From NCBI GenBank assembly GCA_964016885.1, contig OZ024762.1:2914001-2978000 (forward strand): a DNA stretch of 64,000 bases, written 5' to 3'. The DNA is from Eledone cirrhosa (Eukaryota). A program made the translations under genes and the position numbers. Under the pieces are notes generated by a model. It ran no database searches and was not told the DNA's origin. It worked only from the letters and a program-made list of their open reading frames with translations. This document shows positions 54,506 to 64,000 of the stretch, piece by piece (the first letter of the stretch is position 1; every line of letters begins with the position of its first letter).

Positions 54506-54753
54506 ATCATCATTAGTATTGCTTTGGTTGGCGACCTCTAGAGAGCGAAAGGCAAACTAGATCCCGCCGGAAGTTGAACTCGGAATGGTGAAAACCATGT
54601 ACGAATACCGCAGAATAGTCTTCCATTGAACGGCCTACATATGTCTGCCTGAGAAATATTAGCGGTCATTAAAGGATACTTGATCCCTTGGATGGATTAT
54701 AGCCTGGAACACTGATATGACTGCACTGCAGTATTAATGAGCTTTACATACAC

Positions 54754-54916
54754 ACATGGTGGCTTCCAACTCGTTTTCGAGTACGGCCACTACTTTATAT
54801 CCATGTAGGAGAACCCCTACCGAAGCGCTGAACGAGTGTGACTTTTTAGTCCAGCCAGCGACTTGAAAACTCTGGTACAAACACTACACTTGTGACAATT
54901 ATTGACACATAGCGCT
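54754..54916. repeat. Right arm of the inverted repeat paired with 51842-51985
   Basis: See left arm. Confidence 0.85.
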
Positions 54917-55500
54917 GGGCCCATGGCACCATGTGACGACAAGTGCAGAGAGATCTCCAGATATAAAGCAATGCCTGTGCCGTGAAGCTTTTATAGTGAG
55001 CAAAGGCACTGCACAAAGCCAGTCCTACTCTCTTAACCAAGATGATATTTACCAAAAAGAAGAACAAGTCAACATCATTGGATACCATCAGGGTTGCAAG
55101 TGTTATATCAGAGTTTTCCTTCTCCTAGAATTCTGCCTTGACAAAGGCTAAGGGGTCATCTCTCCCGGGATACATACATACATACATACATACATACATA
55201 CATACATACATACATAGATACATACATACATACATACATACGTACGTACGTACGTACGTACGTACGTACATACGTACGTACATACATACATACATAGATA
55301 CATACATACATACATACATACATACGTACGTACGTACGTACGTACATACATACACACATACACACATACACACATACATACATACATACATACATAGATA
55401 TATGTATGCAAATGGAGTTAGATATGTATGTAGATTGTCTGTGAACATCCGGTGATATAACGACATATACGCACACACACACACTTATGTATGTGTGTGC

Positions 55501-55536
<36 letters not shown>

Positions 55537-55683
55537 ATATATATATATATATACACATAAGTATGTACATATATATTATCTATATACATATACATATGTA
55601 CATTATATATATATATGTACATACTTATGTATGTACATATATATATATACATACATAAGTATGTACATATATGTATAAATAGG

Positions 55684-55743
<60 letters not shown>

Positions 55744-56601
55744 CATAAGTATGCACATATATGTATAAATAGGTATATATATAAATATATACATACATAT
55801 GTACATATATATATATAGGTATAAATATATCTACAGTATATATATATATATATATACATAAGTATGTACATATATATTATATATATAAATATGCATAAGT
55901 ATATGTATATATGTATGTATATACATACATATACATAAGTATATATATATGTAACAATTTATATATTTATACACACACACAAGTAAAGAAAGAAATCACA
56001 GTTGTCCCGATGTCAAGTTGTATTATACTTCTCTTTATTTACTTTAATAGAAATAATAATTAATATAATATTCCTATATGTAATTAATATTGGAAGATGT
56101 TTGTTGAGATTATAAAGCTGGCCTTTTCTGTATCATCTGAGGTGGAAGACTTCTACTGCTTCCATCATTAACGAGTTCATGTTGAGCCGAGTTCATTTCT
56201 ATACTGTATTGTATGCAATTTGGTTAAAGAAGAAAATGGTGGATTTATGTAGATATGTGAATAGATTCACGTACATATATATTTGTGTGTACACACACAC
56301 ACACCACATCACACACACACCACACCATACCACACCACACCACACCACACCACACCACACCACACCACACCACACCACACCACACCACACCACACCACAC
56401 CACACCACACACCACCACACACACACACACACATATATATATACAGATATATACACACACAGACACACACATATATATATATATATATAAATATATATAC
56501 AGATATATATATACACACACAGACCCACATATATACACACATACACACACACATAGACACATACACACTCACACGTATATATATCTATACACACACATAT
56601 A

Positions 56602-56632
<31 letters not shown>

Positions 56633-56678
56633 CATACATACATACATACATACATACATACATACATACATACATACA

Positions 56679-56714
<36 letters not shown>

Positions 56715-56736
56715 TAATACATACACACACACATAC

Positions 56737-56772
<36 letters not shown>

Positions 56773-56773
56773 T

Positions 56774-56818
<45 letters not shown>

Positions 56819-57052
56819 ACATGTTTTATTAGTTGAAATCCTAAAGCTGACATCATATATCACCTTATTTAGAACCATTAGACACTTTTGTTGCTTCCAT
56901 CATTAACAAACTCAAGTTGAAGTTAGATTATTTCTCAACTTTGATTAACAAGACGATGCCAGAATCAACCATATCTCTTGAGACACAAATTAAGTTATAC
57001 ATACATACATATACTTATAAATACATTTTTATTATATTAATATATATATATG

Positions 57053-57282
57053 TTGTTATACTTGGGGTGGGTCATATTGTTGTAATAATATTGCCAGAAA
57101 TAATAACAGAACACACTCACTGTTTGGTTGGTTTTCTCTTCTGTATCTTTTATAGCTCTTCTGTATCTTTTATATGGACATATAAAAGATACAGAAGCGA
57201 AAACCAACCAAACAGTGAGTGTGTTCTGTTATTATTTCTGGCAATATTATTACAACAACATGATCCTCCCCAAGTATAACAA
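57053..57282. repeat. ~230-bp fold-back palindrome
   Basis: Mirror arms; terminus CAACATGATCCTCCCCAAGTATAACAAT resembles 14478-14505. Confidence 0.92.
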
Positions 57283-57381
57283 TATTTATTTCGACAAACG
57301 ATTCCATATCAAAAACCTTGCATAACAAATATATATATATATATTTAGATAATTAATATACATGTCCTCACACACACATAG

Positions 57382-57550
<169 letters not shown>

Positions 57551-57680
57551 AGAGTTAAACAAGATTCAATGAATACATCAAAGAATGAGTTTTACAATAG
57601 ATTGGAAGCACTCTACAGAAAATGTTTTCCAGAGTTATTAATATTAATATTAACAAAATAGATGTTCTTGTGATCAATTA

Positions 57681-57747
57681 TATTTTATTATACATATTTC
57701 AGAGGTACTGAATTAAGTTCAACATTACGTCCTCATCAGATAAAATA
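57681..57747 (-). ncRNA. Type I hammerhead ribozyme
   Basis: Minus strand: TATTTTAT-CTGATGA-GG..CT-GAAA-TATGTA-TA-ATAAAATA; stem II imperfect. Confidence 0.7.
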
Positions 57748-58490
57748 AAATGATACATGACATACCCTGACATGGTAGATGGTTAAGATTTAATCAAGGT
57801 AGTGATTAACTTATGACAAAACTCAATATTTATACCCTAATATTGAGAACATGAGATAACGTAATACAAACAATAGAGAGGGTGCGAGTAATAAATTTTA
57901 AGAAATACATGGCATCAATATGACAGTTATAACATTTTTCTTTTAAACACACCTAGAGGAAGAAACAGCTGATGTGATGACATATTTAGTAGGTGGCTTG
58001 AGAAGACAGATGAAAGATGATTAGAGAGAGAGAGACAAAGGGGGAGTAATTTATGTTCAAGTTTCTATACACACAGATTTCTATATAATATAGTTGGCGG
58101 TTAATTTTCAAAATATTTAATTTATGTTATTTCAGGGTAAAGAATCATATTTTAGGTTTTAAAAGTTAATAGGTATTTATATTAATATTATAATATAATT
58201 ATGTTAAATTTCTAAAATTCAAATTTAAAGGATTTACGAAACACGAGAAAGGAAATATATATATATAATGTTTTATATCCCCACGAAGGTAATCTTTACC
58301 AACATTACTTATAATATTGACAAAGCTTCTATAATATAATTTATAATAATTAAAGAATTTATTGTTAAATAGTTTGAGTGCCTAATGTAACAACCGGCCT
58401 TATAATTAAACTTAAAGAAGTCAGAATTTTCAACTATATATATATGTATTGATCATAATATACCAAGATTATAGTTTATTATTTGTTCAT

Positions 58491-58605
58491 AGTTCAAATC
58501 CCGCCGAGGTTGACTTTGCCTTTCATCCTTACGGGGTCGATAAAATAAAGTACCAGTAATGCACTGGGTAATTGCTGGCCTTGTGCCTAAAGTAGAAACA
58601 ATTAT
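58491..58605 (+). mobile_element. 5'-truncated Deu/Nin-domain SINE
   Basis: Near-identical to 43667-43780; ATTATTTGTTCATAGTT is duplicated on both sides (TSD-like). Confidence 0.88.
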
Positions 58606-61369
58606 TTGTTCATAGTTGAGGTGATACCTTTCAAATATAAATAATATATTATTATATTACAATAATGCAATATTGCAACATAGTAAATAATTTCCTGAAG
58701 ATATTGCTCAAAATATATACAGTTAAAAATATTGTTAAAGAATTAGTGTTTTATATCAATTATTTTCATTTAGTTGATATATACTATAAAGATATAAGTC
58801 AAAACTATATGAGTCCTAGTGATAGGGGCTAGATTCAAAATAAGTAAATATATATATATATAAATAAAAGAAAATGAATTATTTGTGAAATTTAAAGATG
58901 CCCAAAATTAGACATAAATGCAATATGGTTTTAATAAAGTATAGAAAAGATATCTCTAAAATAATTTAGTGAATGTGATATAAAGAAGCGCTGAATATTT
59001 GAAAAAGCTGAAGGTAATCTAAATTTAATTAAAATAAAATAAAACAAAATAAGTTAAGTTAAATTATATTATATTATTTTATATTGTATTAAGTAAATGA
59101 TTATATAAGTTCGACCTTCCAGGGAAAACCAAACACTTATAATGATATATAATGTCATTTGAGTGTCTAAATTATTTATAAATGTAACTACGATTATGTT
59201 ATTACACTAGATAAAGATATTTGTACAACTATATATAGATATAATTATAGGTATTAATGAAACGGTATACATTTAATAAAAAATAATTATTATAATCATT
59301 GTTAGTAATGCTACAATTGTAGATTTACCTCCAGTTCAGTGGAGAGATAGACCAATATTTGTCAGCTATTATGGTTTGTTAAATTTATACCTAGATATAC
59401 ACAAAAAAACCAAGTGCAAATCCAAACTTTCTGAGTCCCCAAAAACATACTCAAAGTGAGTAAAATATATATATATATATATATAAAATATGCAAACGTA
59501 TGAATGATCCACAGTTCAAATTATAGTCAGTAAATTTACAAGTTAGATATCCAAACTATATATTTAAAACAGAGACAGATAAATAAAGATCTGAATCAAA
59601 GTTATAAATATCAAAAAAATCATAGGGTATGTATATCTATCAAGTAAACAATTTATCAAACAAGTAGAAGATCCCAGAAAAACTGTTGCGCAAAGTGTTA
59701 GAAATAACAGCCAAAATTGATGGTCAGTGTTGAGCTTTGATCTGATTGAGTCCAGATGAAGTTGCGACCATAGAAACGAGCATGCAGAATAAATGCACAG
59801 TAACTAACCCCAATTTACGACATTGTAGTGTCGCAAATCTTTTACTGGCAAATACAAAAAATAGCTTGGGCTGATGAAGCCCTTGAAAAGAAATAGCAAA
59901 GCATGGCTTCTTAGTGAGTCGAGATTTGTGCACTACACACGTGCTAGTATAAGGTGAAATTGAAGTTGAAACAATTTATTTTGCGCTGGAAAATTACGAA
60001 AGAGACAAGATGACTACCGAAAATGAAAGAAGAGGAGGTAGCTGTCGGCCATTTGATTCCCACTGTCAATTTGATGAAGAGGAAGAAGGAAAAGGCTTCG
60101 TTGAACGAGTAAGCGAGAAAAAGGTGAGGCACATTTAGATGATACAACACGTGAGGTGTAGGAAAATGTTATTTTTCGTTGGAGAAACTGTTTTTTGTTT
60201 GTCGGAGACTTCAATACTTATATATATATATATATAAATATACGCGGCTACCAATTCGACGCCATTAACTCCTCTAATGTTTTGTTACGAATTTACCGGC
60301 CTTAGATTACTTTAAATTACATTACTATGTAATGTAGGCTCCAGTAATATTTCTATCACATAACATAAAAACATGTTGTATAATCGATTATATTGGTCCC
60401 TACCTTTGTCCAGTACTCTAATCTATTGATCTCAAAAGGATGAAAGACAGAATTGACCTCAGTGGAATTTGAAGTCGGAGAAAGCTAAACGGTATTTCTA
60501 TAAATACCGCAATAAATTTAATTTTGTCCGCTTGTCTATTCCCAATTCTCCCTCTATCTAATCTCCCCAATTCCCCCTCTATCTAATCTCCCCAATCATC
60601 ATCCACCTCACCACCATCTGCAACAGTATCAGATTTTCGTATATCATGAAGATGTTTTTGTTGTCTTGTTTTCATTAGAAAAGAAACACCAGTGAAACTA
60701 TAAAAATACATGTAAGGCATTTCGTTCGAGCTTTTTATTTTCTTGGCGTTAATTAAGATATCTCCGAATACGTCGCCTGGAGAACAAGAATCAAAAGAAA
60801 AACATGACGGCCATACTTATACATCAATGTACCGCAGGATATAGGAAAAGTTTCAATAGAAATGAAAATTCTAAGCTAATACACTCGTTTGTTTCTGTTC
60901 GTAAAGTATAATACCGTGTTTGTTTGATCCTGTAATATATTGATGCTTCTTTTTAAAAGGAAGCATTTGTTTGACGCTTCTATTATATTTCAAAATAACA
61001 CTGGCTGATAAGTAGCTTTGTAAATTGCATTGTTAATGAAAATGAGGTTTACGATATTCGAGTCTTGTAAACATAAGCAATGATATTTTGTTTTTGTTTT
61101 TCTTTTTCTTTTTGTTTTTCTTTTTGTTTTTTTTTTTGTTTTTCTTTTGGTTTTTAATCTGATTGCTTCCGACCAAATATATATACATACATTGGGAAAC
61201 AATGTATCTGTTATGCAGATGAACATTTCTAACAAACAATACGTCCAGGCTTCACATGTCCATGTCTTAACTGATAACGTGACTGACTAGAATGATAAAT
61301 CTTTCGGTTTTATGATTCGGCGGTGATAACGGTTTCGAGTTCCGCCTCGCTATTTGATCCGGTTCTCTA

Positions 61370-63277
61370 TGCTCTGAGTTCAAATCTGAGGTCAACGTTT
61401 GCCCAAACTCCTTACGATCTCAATAAATACAGTACCAATCCAGTACTGGGCCGATTTTCTCCCATTCTCTCTCTCTCTCTCCTCTGAATTCAAACCCCAC
61501 CGCGGTCAACTTTTATCTATAGTCCTAACAACGTGGATGAATAAAGTACCAATCCAGTACTGGGGTAGATTTTCTCCTTCTCCCTCTCCTTATCGCCGAC
61601 TCCCTCCTAACTCTCTCTCTCTCTCTCACTATATATATATGTATGAGTTCAAATCTCGCCATGATCAACTCTGCCTAGCATCCATTCAGATTCGGGTTCG
61701 ATAAAATAAACTATAAATCCAGGAACGATAGACAGATATGTATGGGCTCGTAACTTCCGGTGTAGATCATAGGGGCGCCATCGTGACATACGACGTGCCC
61801 TTTAAACCTGGCGGATTCCCATCAGGCTGGAATGTAACCGGTTTCTTCCAGTGAGAGAGAGAATAAAAATAAACCCCAGTCCTAGAGTGGTAGTTTGTTT
61901 TATCGACCTTCAAAGGACGACAAGCAAAGTTGACCTCGGCGGGATTTTAACCCAGAGAGAGCAGAAACCGAAAGGAATACACCCAAAGATTTTTATCTAA
62001 TGTTCTTACATGTATATGTATGGCCTCATTACTTGTGGGGGAGTCATTGAGGCCCCGTGCTAACATACCGCGTTTCTAGAGCATCTTTTAAAAACTTGGT
62101 GGAGCCCATTTACTCTCCAGTCCTGAAAACAGCAGATTTCTGGCAGGGAAGGAGAGAGACAGAGGAGTAGAGAGAGAGAGGAGGGAGGGGTAGAGAGAGA
62201 GAGGAGGGAGAGGGGTAGAGAGAGAGAGGAGGGTGAGAGAGAGGTAGAGGGAGGTGGGAGAGAGAAAGGATGGAGGGGGAGATAGGAGGGGGACAGAGAA
62301 TGGGAGAGTGACGAGAGAGGGGGAGACAGACAGAGAGAGAGAGAAATATATATAACTACTAGACTAGTAGTTTATTTATCGACCTTGAAAGGATGTCGAG
62401 CAAAGTTTACATCGGCAGGATTTGAACTAGAAGAGCAGAGAGGAGCAAAAAGAATTCCACCAACATATTTTATCTGATGTCCTTACAATCAATGTCAATT
62501 CGTTGCCATATTATTTAAGCTATGTACAATTCAATATTTCCAATTTTATACATTATTGTGCTTTAAATTCTGAAAAATTTTTGAAAATAATTATCTTATT
62601 GTAATTTTAGCTTCTATTATAACAATAACGTCTTATTTTACCACAATTTTCAATTTAATTCTTTGTCATTTAAATATTACCATATTTAGCCTTAACAAGC
62701 AGCGAGGCAACAATTCCAGCGTGATAGAAAAATTATAAATATATAATAAATGATAATAATAATGGTTTCTGATTTCGGCACAAGGCCAACAATTTTGGGG
62801 GAAAGGGAAAGTCGGTTAAATCGACCCCTGTGCATTACTGGTACTTTATTTTATCAACTCCAGTGTATTACTGGTACTTTATTTTATCGACCCCGAAAGG
62901 ATGAAAGGCAAAGTCAACCTCGGCGGAATTTTATATAATAAAGAACAATAATAATGTTTTCTGATTTACACACAAAGCCAATATTTTTTGAGGGGTGGCG
63001 GGGAGAAATTCAATTAAATCGGCCGCAGTGCATTACTGGTAATTTATTTATCGACTTCTAAATAATGGTTTCTGATTTAGGCACAAGGCCAACAATTTTG
63101 GGGCTGGAGAAAGTCGATTCAATCGGACACAGTGCATTACTGGTACTTTAATTTATCGACCCCGTAAGGATGAAAAGGAAAACTAGCCTCGGCGGGATTT
63201 GAACTCAGAAAGTTAAAGGGCGTAACTTTGTGTCGCAAAATATATTGACCGACGCTCTACCGATACTGCCAATCCAC
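61370..63277. mobile_element. Cluster of Deu/Nin-domain SINE copies (plus strand 61370-61710; minus strand 61870-61950, 62360-62430, 62760-63277)
   Basis: Repeated TTATCGACCCC..AAGGATGAAAGGCAAAGTCAACCTCGGCGG motifs. Confidence 0.8.
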
Positions 63278-63321
63278 AAACAATGAAAAATAAATTCTCT
63301 AAATAACATATGCATATATAT

Positions 63322-63392
<71 letters not shown>

Positions 63393-63398
<6 letters not shown>

Positions 63399-63889
63399 TT
63401 AATAACTCTGTATTTTATTTGTATTTCGGCTCCCTAACTAGGTGAGCTTATAAGTTGAGTGTAATAAGGCTATTATTTCTAGCATATCCACTCACACCAC
63501 GCATAGCATGCAACCTACGAGGTGTATTATTTACTCCTGTGAGTTGTTGTTAAATGTGTTTTGTTTCATTTGATCTTATCTCTCGCTGATGAAAGTCTAC
63601 GGATTATCTGTTACAAACACAATTTTCAGGGCGAAACAGATTAAATCTCTAATCTGTCCGAGAGATGAAATAGTTATTGATACGGTCTGTATATATATAT
63701 ATTATATATCTTACGTTTGCTTCAGGTTAAATATATAAAACAATTGTGATATTCTCTACCCTCGTAATTTTAGACACACAATTTACTGTGTTTATTTCTA
63801 CAAATATTATTATATAATGCTCAGTATTTATACTTTGAGCTTGTTAATTACAGGTATCAATATGAGTTATTTACTCTGTATTTTACTTG

Positions 63890-63892
<3 letters not shown>
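63393..63892 (+). mobile_element. ~500-bp non-coding HHR unit with ~30-bp direct terminal repeats, flanked by (TA)n
   Basis: TATGAGTTAATAACTCTGTATTTTATTTGTA and TATGAGTTATTTACTCTGTATTTTACTTGTA at the two ends. Confidence 0.65.
63578..63666 (+). ncRNA. Canonical type I hammerhead ribozyme
   Basis: ATCTCTCG-CTGATGA-..-GAAA-CAGATTA-AATCTC-TAATCTG-TC-CGAGAGAT; perfect stems I and III, GUC at 63656-63658. Confidence 0.9.
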
Positions 63893-63957
<65 letters not shown>

Positions 63958-64000
63958 TATATATATATATATATATATATTATATATTATATATATATAT

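Noticed and set aside
59868-59900. CTGATGA..GAAA (similar lone CTGATGA at 1179 and 46974)
   Set aside because: No compatible stems I-III; here the motif sits inside a GGGCT/AGCCC hairpin

Overview
Repeat-saturated, AT-rich animal DNA, most likely octopus or another cephalopod (inferred from the SINE types and microsatellite density). Nearly all listed ORFs are simple-repeat artefacts. The only protein-coding remnants I recognise belong to retroelements: a Naiad-type Penelope-like element (PLE; RT plus C-terminal GIY-YIG, 47976-50313, with a second fragment at 11420-12100), an RTE LINE, a Tx1/L1 LINE, and CR1/RTE 3' scraps. There are also two SINE families, a hAT-like MITE, several GC-rich minisatellites and a probable first coding exon at about 47.0 kb. 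The main hidden signal is about 15 type-I hammerhead ribozyme (HHR) motifs, intact or decayed, from several sequence families. They lie in short non-coding elements beside (TA)n or (CA)n tracts, often as fold-back palindromes. They include a non-canonical U3-A8 core at the PLE 3' end and a canonical HHR in a roughly 500-bp unit with direct terminal repeats. All structures were folded by eye and none was tested computationally.
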